In this document: positions 26,920 to 39,349 of the stretch, piece by piece
Layout of the letters: every line of letters begins with the position of its first letter
Numbering within the stretch: position 1 is the first letter of the stretch
Origin: Podarcis cretensis
Lineage: Eukaryota
Reading direction: 5' to 3'
Length of the DNA: 64,000 nucleotides
Assembly (NCBI GenBank): GCA_951804945.1
Contig: OX638159.1
Span: 65,844,001-65,908,000 of the forward strand
Program-made: the position numbers and the translations under genes
Notes under the pieces: model-generated
Seen by the model: the letters and a program-made list of their open reading frames with translations, nothing else
What the model was told of the DNA's origin: nothing
Database searches by the model: none

Positions 26920-27230
26920 TCAGGAGGTAAGAGTCCTGCTGGATCAGGCCAGTGGCCCTCCTTCTCCAGCATCCTGTTCTTACAGTGACTGACCAGATGC
27001 CTGGGAGAAGCTCAGAAGGAGGACCAGAGCCCTCCGCTCCACTCCGCTCCTCTCCTCTCCTGCAGTTTCCAGCAACTGGGGCTCAGAAGCATCTCTGCCT
27101 GCGACCGCGGAGGCAGAGCAGAGCCATCATGGCTAGTAGACTTTGATAGCCCTTCTCCCCCATGAATTTGTCTAATCCTCTCTTAATCCAAGTTGGTGGC
27201 CATCATCGCTTTCTGTGGGATAAACTCCGT
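26920..27230 (-). mobile_element. Old CR1-related 3' fragment
   Basis: CCTGCTGGATCAGGCCAGTGGCC..CCAGCATCCTGTTC..; related copy at ~59920-60117. Confidence 0.55.
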
Positions 27231-27630
27231 TGAGACGCTCCAGAAAGTGACTTGTAACATTTTAGGTAGCTGCTCATTGACATTTTTAATCCGCAATTCC
27301 TGTTCTTAACAGAAGCTTATAAATAACATACCATACATCACTTTATAGTATACATAACACTGGTATACATGTTTCGTGCTCTCCTACAACCCTACTATTT
27401 AGCTGCAGTAATAGTAAAAGAGAGATTCCTAACATTTCATGTTAATAAATGGATTCATTGTTATGATGTTTTAATATACTTTTTGCATGTGATTCACGAT
27501 ATCATTTGGTCTTTATGAAATGCTCCTTTGCAAGTTTTGTGTTTAAAGCTCTTTTTTCACCCCTCCTGCCCTTTCTTTTTTTTCTTTGCCCTTCTGTCCT
27601 TCTTATATTTCCCCCCTCCACACGTATCAG

Positions 27631-30600
27631 ACCAGGATCTTTAGTTAGCAATGGGAAAGTCAGGATCATTCCATTTGATTACGAAGTTGGCCAAGAACAG
27701 GAAGAGTGTGAAGAGAACTATGAGGAATTAGGCAAACAGTTAATAGAAGATTTTTTAGAAAAAAGTCACAGGACTAGAAGTTCACAGGGACGAAGGAGCC
27801 CAAGGCTCTCAAAAAGGGAGAACTTTGGCCATCATGAAAGAGGAAGATACTCACGGAAGGCTTGCCCAGAATCAGGACATCCTGATGTTCCTTGCTATCC
27901 AGAGGAATATGACACAATAGACAGGAGAAGAAAGAAGAAGCTGAGATATAACAATTTTGAAGAATGTGAGCGAACTATACTGCAAAGCAGTAGTAACCGG
28001 AGATTTTCATCAGGCAGCATTAAAGCAAGAACTGAACATAACCTATATCCTGATTATGATGAAACTGAGAAATGGGGCAGCAGCCCCATTGAAAGTGAAG
28101 AACAGTTACCGGAATATCCAGTTCTGCGTCCATACAAGAATGGCCTTCTAGTCAAGAGTGGCAAGTTGTCCTCTAACCAACGCGCAAAGCATGACTCAGG
28201 ATCAGTCCATTTTGATGGTGAAAATGAGATCCATTCAGAACAGCCAGCTCACTCTTTTGTGCCATTGGGTGCCCTTAAAGAGTTTGGCAGCTGTTCATCC
28301 AGCGTACTCCTGTACTCCCCAGTTTCTGATGATGATGATGAAATGGAAGAAATAGCAATACTTTCCCAAGCATGGCGTGAATCCAGTGTTCGCCATGTTG
28401 GAGACCTTACTGACACCCGTACTGGAAGTGCCATATCCCTGTTACCAAGGGACAAAAACTCACATAGGATGAGAGGAGGAAAGCACGGCTTTCTTAAGCA
28501 AGACTTGACCCTCTCTCCTGTTGAAGAGCCAACGGAAGAATACGTGGACACAATGGATGAACTGCAGTGCTTAGTTGAAACTGTGTCTGAATACTTAGCT
28601 GAAAAAGAGGAGGAGATTAGCAAATTCGAAACCCTTCCTGCGAGCAAAAACGCAAGCGATTGTGCCTCTCCCAAACTGGCCGGTGCTGATAAGTTGGCGG
28701 AGGAAAGTGCTCCTTTGGAACATGCAAAGCCAGCCGCTTCTGCTGCAGAGGAGAGTGAGGGCAGCAAAGGCATAACAGAGGCATTGCCAGACTTGTCTGG
28801 GGTGAAGAACACAGTCAGCTCCTTATTTAGTTCTTTCACCGAAAAAGTGGGCTCAGGAACAAAGCACTTAACAGCCTCAGTTGAAAAAATTGTATCTCCC
28901 ACACCAGAGAAATCTGAAGCCCCTGGTCAACCTGAGGGAGGCCTCACAAGTCTGTTTTCAAGTAAGCCTAAGTCTGAGGGTGCCTCTCCAGAACTGAAAG
29001 CAGAAAACAAATCGGAGGCCAAGCTGTCCACGGCAGCTTCCCCTTCTGTGACCCAGAGTAGCCGTGAGCGAGAAGCCAGTGATGCCAAGGCCAACATCCC
29101 AGAAAAGACGGCAGGAGACGACAAGGCTCCTCCAAGTGTCCAGGATGCTTCAGCAAACTCTGCTCCACCCTCTTCTCTGGACCCCAGCTCAGTCGTGAAC
29201 TCCGTCTTAGGCATGTTCAACCCTTTGAAAATCTTCTCCGAAAAGGAAGCACCGAAAAAAGAGACTGCAAAACAGGAGGAGGCTGGGAAGGTGGAAGCCA
29301 CGCATGCCAGTGCTTCTGAAGCCAAGGCAAGTGGGAAGGCAGCTGAAGGCAACGCGACGAAACCCACCAACGTTGCGCCTCCCGAAACGAGCAAGAGCGA
29401 GGCAGAGGCGAGCGCAGGCAGCGGCCCCGTCTCCTCCATCTTTGGCAAGCTGTCGAGCTCCGTTAGTTCTTTCAGCTTGAAAGCCAGTTTTGAGAGCCTG
29501 GCTGTTCCCAAGCAGCCAAGTGGGCCGCAGAAGGCTTCTGATGTGCCGCTGCAGGCCACAAGTCAGCCAGATAAAGTTGTTAAAGAACACCCAGGCATGC
29601 CAAGAAATCCACAACCTGCAGGGAAAGTGCCAGAAAACAAGCCAAGTGAAGCCAAGAAGGAGACTGGTAACGCTCCGCCGTTGGAGCAGGGGGAACCATC
29701 TGAGAGCTTTTTCAGCCCACTTAAGAAATCCTTCAGCCAGTTGCTACTCCCTTCTTCTGCTACTGAAACTGTGCCAAAGGAGCCACCACCGGGCTTGGGG
29801 AAAAGTCACCGTTCTGAAGATGATGTCAGGAAAACAAGCTCCGCAAACAGCGAACCCAACTTCCCTTTCACCAGTAAGCTCCAGATTCCCTTTTTGAGCG
29901 GTTTTGGCTTTTCAGACAAACCACCGCAGGACAACAAAGAGAAGCCAGGAATTTTCACTTCCTTCTTGAAAGCTGCTTCTGTGGAAAACCTGACAGCTTC
30001 AAAAGATCAAACTGCCCCACCAAGTTTTAGTGGCAAGCCACCAAATGCTGAAGAGGGTCACAAAAGCAGCAATGCAGAAGCTGCCAAAATGGAGTCGTTA
30101 AAGTCTCAGGCAGTTCCCGAGGCACCGCAGAGAAAAGAGGAGCCGATGAGGAAGAAAGAAACCAGTAAAGGAGATGATCTGGGTGCACCAAAACGTGGAG
30201 ATAAAGACCAGGGTGCCTCAGACACTTCAAAAATTGCACACATGGATCATGATGCCAAACGCATGGGGGCTCTGGACCACAAAGATTCCAAATGCAGGGG
30301 GGAGCTGGCAGCCCCCACAAAAGAACCTGACTTAAATGCTACAGCAGGAAAGCCAGTGCTTCCTGGTGGAATCCGAGAGGACCAGGTAATGGATGATACT
30401 CAGAAGAAGGCCCCACAGCCAGGGCAGGGGTTGCTCTCGGGCCTCTTCCGGCGGGCGTCTTCAGACCACATAACCCACACGGAAGAGTCCAATGCTAAAA
30501 ATGAAACAGACAGCCAGAAGAGCAGATCAGCTGGCTTACTTTCTGGATTATTTAGGTTTGCTTCAAGTGAAAACCTGACCGAAACTATGCCAGATAAGGC

Positions 30601-33600
30601 AAAATCAGGCTCTCTGGGCATAATGAAAATTTTTGAGAGGAGCGAAGAGACTAGTTCTGGTGACAAGTCCGTTGGCTCACATGTGACTCCTGGTCCCCAA
30701 GAAAGCACTGGGGGGAAACAGGAGACGGGCAGCTTCATAAAGAACTTCATGCAGAGGCCAAAAGAAAAAGCGGAGGAGGCAGTGACCGAGACTGCGAAGG
30801 CGAATGGTCATTTGCCTCACCCAGAACTGAGCAAAATGGACAGCGGACATGGTCCCGTCTCTTGGCAACCCCCCTCTCAGAATGCTTTAAGCTCACAGCC
30901 AAAGATACAAGACTTATCGGGGCAGCCAACTCTCTACAGACAACCTACGGATTCCAATATTTATCAAGCAGTTCTCAACGAAAGGTCAAATGCATTTCTC
31001 AATTCCTCTTTGCGGAATGCTAAATGGTATGGCCACTCGGAGCAGCCTCTTGCTCTTGAGGAAACCAGGAGCCACTCTAGCCTTGACTGGGAATATGATA
31101 CAGGAGCATTTTCTCTCAATGGCCACCAGGTGTCCTTGCCCGTTTACTACGTCTTGCAGCAGAATTCTGTCCCACTGGCTGAGTTTCTGGAATGGCCAGA
31201 CTCCAGTGATGCCGTAGTGAACTTGTGTAAAAAAGATGACAATGCCAATGTCGTGGATTGGAGGTCAAATGCCAGTTTTGATGCCCTGAGCATAGATTTC
31301 AGTGTCATGTCACACGAATCGTTTGATCAGTTAGACTTACAAGATTTAGGTCTAGAAGAAACTGAAATGTGGGCAACACATTCTCTGAATGGAAACTTTC
31401 CTCCATTTGATGACTGCAGCTATGTTTTGGAAGAGATGCCCATGGACTTAAGCTATTCGTCGGCATGTGATGGCAATATGTGGGCCTTAATTGATCAGGA
31501 GTGCTTGAGCTTGGAAGGCAGTTTTGTCTATTCATCTTATAGCCAGGAGTACCAGGACTGGCTGATGCTGCTTGAGAAGGGCGTGTGGTGGCCATCGGAA
31601 GATGGCGATTGTGGATATTACATGTACAGGGACGGTCAGTTTGTTTATTCTCTGCTCACCGACCCCACTGGGCAGTATGTCTACATTTGCACTCCTGACA
31701 CTTACACCTACCCAGACTACTGGGATTATAATTATCCGCAGAGCATTTTGCAGAGCACTGTCTTGGAAGATGACATGATTGCCGTTTGCGGTTTCAAAGT
31801 GCCTCTTGGTAATGAAGACGAGTTATTCTGGTTTGCTGAAGAGGAGCAATTGGATAATTACTCTGTAAACAAACCACTTGATTTGTCTGTAGCTCTGCAG
31901 AGAAGTGATCAACTTATGAACATGAATTTAGAGACCTTTTCGCAGATGTTTGAGGAGTCCATTTATTACCAGAGAGAGCAGCCTTTAGACTTTTCAGGGT
32001 ACAAACTTCAAAAACTCAAAGTAGACTTTAGGCCTGAGAATGACATGGAGTGGCGCTCAGAAGAGCCTCCCCTGACCCTTGACCTTAGAGTTCACTCCAG
32101 GGTGGCTTCCAGTGGGAGGCTAAAAGATGATGCTCTGCCCAAACATCTGGACAGGACCCCTGCTGTGGCAGTTTCTGAAAGTGCACAGGCAAGACGGTTT
32201 GGTTTCCATATATTCCAGTCTTCTGCCAAGCCTGAGCCTTCATCGGCGTCTCAAAGTGTTACAGAAGTCAAAACCACCGAAGAAGATAAAAAGCCACCTC
32301 TGAATAAAGTTGCATCTTTATTCTCTGCTTTGGGTGGCCTGATGGGTAAGGGTTTGGAAACGCATGAGACAGTGGAAGATGCGGCTGTGAAGAAAGAAGA
32401 ACCGGTGGTGTTGGGACACAAAAACGATGCTCTTCCAACTATGCCACCCAGGAAAACAGGAGAGGATATGCAAAACCAGCAGCACACTGAGCATGAACAA
32501 GAGAGAAAAGAGAGAGGCAGATTAGTTAAGTCTGTTAGGGATGAAAAGCCAATGATTTCTCAGAAAAAGCCTCAGCTGGTGAGGTCTTCCTCTCAGCTAA
32601 GCCAGCGTCCCGTGGATAGCAAGACCAGTCAGCTGGATAAAAGTGTTAAGCCTGCTCCCCTCCCAAGTCAACCAAAGCCCAAAGTGGGTGAGGATGAACC
32701 CAAGAAAACCCAGCCAGCCCCCAGCCAAGCGCCCACGGAGGCTGAGGGCACGTTGTTTAAAAGTGCTCTCAAGATTCTCAGCCTGGGAGAAGACTCCTCC
32801 ACAACTGCAGCACCCAATAAAAGTCAAGGCCCCGGGTTCTTTGATTTCTTTAAAACGCAGGTCAACAAAGCCCCACAGCCACCGCCAGCACCCCAAACAA
32901 ATCTGACGAAAAATGAAGCTGAGAAGAAAATGCCTCAGGAGAAAGTGGAGCCCCCAGGCATTTCATCATTCTTTGGTTCCATAGGGGATCTTTTCAAAGT
33001 CGATGCAGCCCCTGCCCCACCAAGTGCTGCTGCTCCACCAAAGAGTGGAACCCACACCTCCCTGAAACCGAATGACAACGCGGACCAGCGTAGCAGAGAG
33101 CCAAGTAAGAGCAGCACTCCTGCTCCTCAAATCCCCGTGGAGCAGGCTCGTGGGGAAGCTGCCCAGAAGGCCGCAGTCCCTAAGGAAGAACAGCATGGCA
33201 AAGTAGGCAAGGAAGCTGCTCCAGTGAAGAAGGAGGACATCCCCACCGCTGGGAATGCAGAACCCAAGCCTCCCATGCAGGCAGGACCTCGAATGGACCA
33301 AGCAAATCGCTCTCCAGGGCAGCATGGCCATGGGCCAGCTGTTGCGCCGGGACCGCAAGGCCATGCAGGAGCCATACCTGGTAAAACTCAGCCAGGAAAA
33401 GCCAGTCAGCCACCCAGGGAGTCTGGGTTTAGCCTGCCTTTTGGCTTGTCACAGGCAGCACCTTCGAAGCCTCCGCAGGCCCCGCAGCCGGCTGGCAAGA
33501 GCATCTTCTCCTCCTTCTTCGGTGCCCCAGAGAAAGCCCCTGCCCCAGCTCCAGGAGCTCCTAATGCCAAGCCCCCGGAAGCAGAGGGTCTGTTCAAGAT

Positions 33601-36450
33601 GCCTTCTTTCTTTTCCGGAGGGCCCACCGCAAAGAAGAACGTGCCTCAGAGCAGCTCCAGCTTCAGCTTTTTCAACCTGACCTCCTTCCTGGATGACAAA
33701 CCACCGGCAGCTTTTCCTGACAAGGGGAATATTGCAAAGCCACCTCAGCAGCAAGCCAGCAACCTGGGAAGGCCGCCTCAACAGCAAGCAGACGCAAAGC
33801 CATCTATGAAGCAGTGTGTTTCTGTTGACTCTGGCATTGGACTTGCCAGACAGCAGGGCTTGAAGGATAAAGAGGCAGCGGCGGGTGTTATAGAAGCAGT
33901 ACTTGGAAAGCAAGAGGCTGTTGGCCTGGAGCACAAGGCAAGTGAGTTAAAAACTCCTGAGGCTGAGCATGCTGCGGCAAGTGCTTCAGAAGTGGAAAAT
34001 GAGGTAGAGGTACCTTTTGTGGCCAGTAAACCTCCTGATGATGGTACAGATAGAGAAGACCACTCAGTCTATCCTGATCCTGGCTCTCAGGTCCCTACGC
34101 TGCAGGAAGACATTGCGCCTTCCCTTCCGGAGATTCCACAACCAGAGGAGCAGCTGCAAGACAATGCAGAAAAGAGTGGTGGTATTGTGGTGTCCTCTGA
34201 GAAGGAATTTGTTCCTTTAGTTGGGAACGAGACTTTTGAAAAGGCAGAGCCCGGTCCAGTTTGTGATGAGACCTCTGTGGCTCTTGAGCCATCTCCTGCT
34301 CCTGGAGACCTTTCACGGGAGGTTGTACCTGAAGAAAAACCAAGCGCCCCTGAAGTCAAGCCCCCGGAGCCCAAGCAACCTGATAGGACCCCAAATACTG
34401 CAGGAGAGCAGCAGGCTCAGGGCCAGAGGCCTCTCCCTCAAATGGCAGCAGCAACACCTAACCTGCAGGAGAAACCTAAAGAACCTGAGGCTGACAAATC
34501 AGTTCTAGATTCCTCAGTTGAAATGTTTTCCAGCTTCATGACGAAGATGAAACCAACCAAAACATTATCTGGCTTCTTTTCCCAGCCTCAGACTCCAGCA
34601 GCTCCTAGTGCCCAAAAGAAGAGCACTTCGTTTTTCGGCCTTTCCTCCCTGCCCACTGGGCCTCCTCCAGCATTTACAAGTGATCTCTTTGGCATTTTTA
34701 AAGGAGCAACAGATGAGACCCTTTCAAAGTCTGCAGGGAAGACCGCAGGCACTTCAAAACCCCAGGAAATGAGCCCCAGGGCAAAGGAGGCTGTGGGCCC
34801 ACTTCCTGGCAAAGGTCTCGCAAAACAAGATAAAGCCTCTAGGGATGAACTTTTAGGGACAAATGCCGGCAGCGTTTTGAAACAACCGGACCAAACCTCT
34901 AGGGCTGAACCTACAGAGAAAGAAGCTAGCAGTGACTTGAAACAAGATGCCCCTTCTGCTTTAGCAGATGAGAGTTTGGGAAACGAATGTAGAGCAGTAT
35001 TGGAAGCTGAAAGCAGTGGAAGACCTGAACATGGTCTGGAACCCTCCCTTAATGCTTCAGAAACTTTAGACTCAAGTAGGGATCAGGGCCCTGAAGTGGT
35101 ACAGCTGGACACAAACTTACTGGCATCTGATGAAGCAGGGAAGGCTGCCCCGTGTAGTCAAGAGGGACATGATGCAGTTGAGACGGTGGTGCTGCAGGAG
35201 AAGAGTGAAGTGCCTGTGGAGCCCTTAGAAAATGATGCTGTTCCTGCTGTTGAAGAGCAAGTGAGCCCGGCAGGAGAAACAGACGTTGGCCAAATGGATT
35301 TGGACAGTACACATGAGCTGGAACCCAAGGTTGGTGAGGAAGATGAACACCTGAAACTGCCAGAACTGACGGATACTTCACTAACCACTGAAGAAGTAAC
35401 TATAAAGAATGAGGCAGATGCTGATATTTGCCCACCAGACACGTTTGAGACGCTGGAGATGGAACCCAAAGCTGCTGCAGATGAGGCCCATGACTTGCCC
35501 CATCAGGATATAGAAAAGGTCCCTGAAATAAAATCTGATCTTCCTCCTGAGCAGAAAGAGCCTCTAACCACCAGCGAAGCAGCCCCAGAAGCTGCTCCCT
35601 TGAAAAGCAGTTTGGCTGGTAAGAGCAAGCCAGCCAGTGCTCCTACAGAGGCCAGCAGCACCAAGCCCATGTTTGAAATTCCAAGCATGCCCACTTTGCC
35701 CAAATTCGGCTTCATGTCTTCTGCAGACAGCAGCAAGCCATTTGGCTCCTTCTTCTCTGCACAGCCGCCTTCGGCAAGCAAGCCTGCGCCTGAGCCAGGC
35801 CTCGTGTCCAGCTTCAACAAGTTTTCCTCAAGTCTGTTTGGTGGAGGAAGTGATGAGAAAGCAGGTAAAGTAGAGGGCACTCCGGGTGCTGTGTTTGGAA
35901 AGAAGCTGGACTTCTCATTTCCGTGGCAGAAAGATGCCAAGGAGGCAAGTCTCAAGAAGGAACCAGATGTGCCAACACCAAAAGCTTCCTCCAAACAGGA
36001 GGTGGCCCCAATTGCTTCATCCAAACTAGATTTGAAGGCACCAGAAGCTGTCTTGAAAGCCGAGGAACAAGCAGTGGATGTGACCGGGGCTGATGGGAGC
36101 CCAAACCTCTCTGCCTCTGACCAGCCAGCTGACAGTGCTGCTGATTCAGACCTTTCTTCTAAGCAGCCTGACAGCAAGAGCAACGAATGCTTCGATGGTC
36201 CCACACCTGACATTCCGGTTGCGCCCAACAAGGAGCTGGAGCTTGAGGCCTCCAGAGAAATGGAAGATGAGCCAAGCACCATTTCCAGTGAGCCTCCTGG
36301 GCTCCCTTTGGAGGAACCAGCAGAAGGCGCCACACCGGTTCTGGATGAAGTAGAGCAGAAGGAAAGTGTCCCTTGTCCAGAAACGGAAACACTTGCTACT
36401 GGACTGCAGCCAGCGGAGCAGAGTAGCCCTGAGCCACTCAGGAAGAAAAG
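27631..36450 (+). CDS. UNC13B: UNC13B giant alternative exon (8,820 nt, 2,940 codons, phase 2-2); read-through stop at 36470-36472
   Basis: Uninterrupted frame; ~80-nt AG-free pyrimidine tract and atcag acceptor (27629-27630) in the phase required by exon 25350-25572; candidate AG|gccagt GC donor at 36451 in the phase required by exon 38506. From memory, human UNC13B has a long isoform with a multi-kb exon at this position. The 5' boundary is firmer than the 3' boundary. Confidence 0.85.
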
Positions 36451-36889
36451 GCCAGTAGCCAAAACGGCATGATAAATGGTGCCAACTTGTGAGCCATTTA
36501 TAATGCAAGTGCCGTAACAGTAGATGCCTGACCTCGTAGATCAGACTCCTCCTCTAGGCTGTGTTTGGCATCAGTAGTACCCAGTGGTAGGTAGAGTTGT
36601 GAACGCTAGTTGCTAGACTGCCCACCCAGAGCCCTTCCTGCCCTTCTCAACTTCTGGTTTCCTTTGTTCCAAAAGGCTGCCATGACTCTTCTCCTTTGCT
36701 CTCCCTTTGTGCTGTGTCCTTGTGAGTGAGCTGCTTTGAGTATTAGTTTCATTAACCTTCCATAGCCTAATTGTGTGCGTGAGAAAACAACTTGCACCTC
36801 TAGATGACATGGTGGGAGGGAGGAAATCGGGGGCTCTCTTGGTTTGCAGAAAGCTTAGTTGGACAACATACCAGGCATTCACATTTTAA

Positions 36890-37170
36890 GGTGGGAGAGA
36901 GACCCAGATGGCAGCAAAAGCTGTTTCAGCATAACCTGCAGCATAACTTTTCTACACCCAGAAGGGGATTCCCATGAAACATCAGATAAAAGCTTTCTGA
37001 CAGTGGCAGCTGTTGAACAGACTCCCTGGGGAGTTGGTGGACTCTCCTTTCTTGGAGAGGTTGCCTGGCCATCTGTCATGGATTCTTGAGCTGTGATTCC
37101 TGCATTTAGGGGGTTGGGCCGGATGACCCCTGGAGTCCCTTCCAACTCTGCCATGCTAAGATTCTGTGAT
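36890..37170 (+). mobile_element. Degenerate CR1 3' fragment
   Basis: CTTTCTGACAGT..GTGGACTCTCCTT..GGGGGTTGG..CCCTTCCAACTCTG..ATTCTGTGATT. Confidence 0.65.
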
Positions 37171-38407
37171 TAAAACTTCCTCCCTCCCACCAGGAGGAGT
37201 TAAACATGGCCGTGGACTATTAAAGGTACGAATGCAGAAACATCCAGTTCTTGCTGCTCGGAAGCTGTTACTGCCCAGCTAACATGATTCAATTTTTCTC
37301 TACTTTTATCAGCTGTATTCAGCGGCATTAGCTGGATGTGCTTTTCTGTGTTAGGCTGCAGGCATCTGGAGCCAATGAGGAGCTTCTTGGTGCCCCCATC
37401 AGGTCTCCAAACAAGCTGATAACTGGTTTTCTGGTTTACCATATCTCAAAAACATGCTTAATTGTTCCATATTGAAGAGAACTGCAGTGATTTCATGTTA
37501 CAGCTATCAGTATATTAGTGACTCTTGCTCCCTGTTTACCCCTGTCCGGGGGATGATTGGGGCTGGTGTTCTTGCTGCCCCTCCCTAGTTACAGAACTGC
37601 TTGTCACTAAAATCATTGCTAAATCTGCACTCCTCACCCGCCATCTCTAGACAATTGGCCCAGCAGGGATCCTGCTTCAAGCATTTCCCTTTCTGCCCAG
37701 CCTGTTTTCCAAGGAATAGATGGGATTTTTGCAGTGTAGCTGCCTTGGGTCCTCTTGCAGATGTCTCTGCCTATGTGGGCTGCCAAAAGCCAGGCGGCAC
37801 TTAAATAGCGGCCCAGAAGCATTTGTGCCCCTTCCCTCTTAGAATTCCACAATGGAGAGAGAGCGTGTGGGTGTCTTGTTGAATTAACAGCTCCTGGTGC
37901 AGTAACTCCAACCTTATAATAATCAGTCACTCCCAAGCAGCAACAGCAATGGGCCCATGTTGTGCTGGAAGACAGGGCTGATTTTTCTAAACGGCAGCTA
38001 CAACAGGATCCATTCTCAGCCGCTGGAGAAACTTAAGATTGTGTTAATGAAATGGGAGTGAAGATGAAACCCTCATGTCCCAGAATCCAAGTTCAGTTGA
38101 CATGCTGGGGGCAAACGTTGTAAGAAGGTGTTGCGCTTAGCAGCTTAGAGGTTCAATATGCACAAAACTTTTGCTGCCATTCTTAATTTTCCTGTGGCCT
38201 GTAAACAATTTATAGGATGTGCAGCAGATGATGCTATCTGTTTCTGATTGATATATCAATAGGGTCCAGAGGCTTAGGCCCAGCACAAAAATTGCAAACA
38301 CAAATTTGGAAGTGGCGGGTGACTGAGAACAGTGGCTGCAATGTGCAAGAGACATTTTGCTTGGCTAGAGTTTCCATTTGATGCTTTGGCCTGGTGTAGT
38401 TAGGATT

Positions 38408-38443
<36 letters not shown>

Positions 38444-38505
38444 GCATTCTGCTGTTTCCTGGTTGCCAAGACCTTTTGACTTACTAATGCTTTGCTCTCT
38501 CACAG

Positions 38506-38802
38506 TCCTGCCAGCAGTAGTAAGTTTGGTTCCTCCTGTAACATCAGTCAGGGAAGCTCTCAGCTGAGCGAGCTGGACCAATATCACGGGAGTGTGCCCT
38601 GCTCCGAACACGAGGACGAGCTCACAGAAGGGGTGCCTGCTGCTCCTCCTCCTCATTCAACAGAGGGCCCTGCGCCATCTAGTGAGCAGCATGAGCCCCA
38701 GGAATTGCACAGGGAAGGAGAGGGGAAGGTGAAAGAGCATGCCGCACCTCAACTACCTCCTGAAGTGGACGAGCCCAAAGAAGCCACAAAGACACCGGGC
38801 AG
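38506..38802 (+). CDS. UNC13B: UNC13B internal exon (297 nt, phase 2-2)
   Basis: TACTAAT branch point (38482-38488), cacag acceptor, AG|gtaggt donor; [28 protein letters not shown] matches ubMunc13-2. Confidence 0.95.
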
Positions 38803-39258
38803 GTAGGTGGTGCACGTTGGCGATGGATTCCTTGGAGTTGAACTTGAGGCCACTCTTCTGGTTGATCTTGGGAGAGACAAACAGGCTATGGGTGTAGTGC
38901 CATAGCTGGTTTTGAGTAGTCCACTGGTGTCTAGGGTCAGAAAGGGTGGGACAAACGTCGTTAAATAAATATAATTAATCCTCCTCTTCATCATCATCAT
39001 CATCATTTTACACCCATCTAGTGACTAATGGGGTGCATTCCTTACAGGGTTCTCTACCACAGTCCCTGTTGGCCACACTTTCTGTTCTTACCATGCCATT
39101 CTCTGTCTTTTGCTGGTCATCCCAGGTCTCTTGGAGCCAACTGTTCTCAGCATTTGTTCCCACCATTACAATAAATGGTTCTTTTCATGTGTTAAGTTTC
39201 ATGAGACTGCTCTTGAATTTCCAGTGTTCATTTTTCCCTCGTTTTTCTTTTTTGCAAG

Positions 39259-39349
39259 TCACCTTGATGAAAACGAACTTCTCCTGCTTCCCGCTGCAAG
39301 AGCCCGCTGGATCCGAGCCATTAATAAAGTGCGGCTTCAGTTTGAAGAG
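39259..39349 (+). CDS. UNC13B: UNC13B exon with the ubMunc13-2 calmodulin-binding helix (91 nt)
   Basis: tttgcaag acceptor, GAG|gtaggg donor; ...ARARWIRAINKVRLQFEE equals the conserved RAxWxRAxxKVRxQ CaM site. Confidence 0.95.

Noticed and set aside
27506-27630. Hydrophobic N-terminus of the 2,988-aa ORF as a signal peptide of a standalone nested gene
   Set aside because: It starts at TTG and is the translated polypyrimidine tract of the acceptor at 27630; the exon is phase-compatible with UNC13B.
28249-36462. Long antisense ORFs (e.g. 217, 210 and 319 aa) over the giant exon
   Set aside because: Shadow frames of a stop-poor coding strand; Ser/Gly/Ala/Leu-rich, no recognisable domain.
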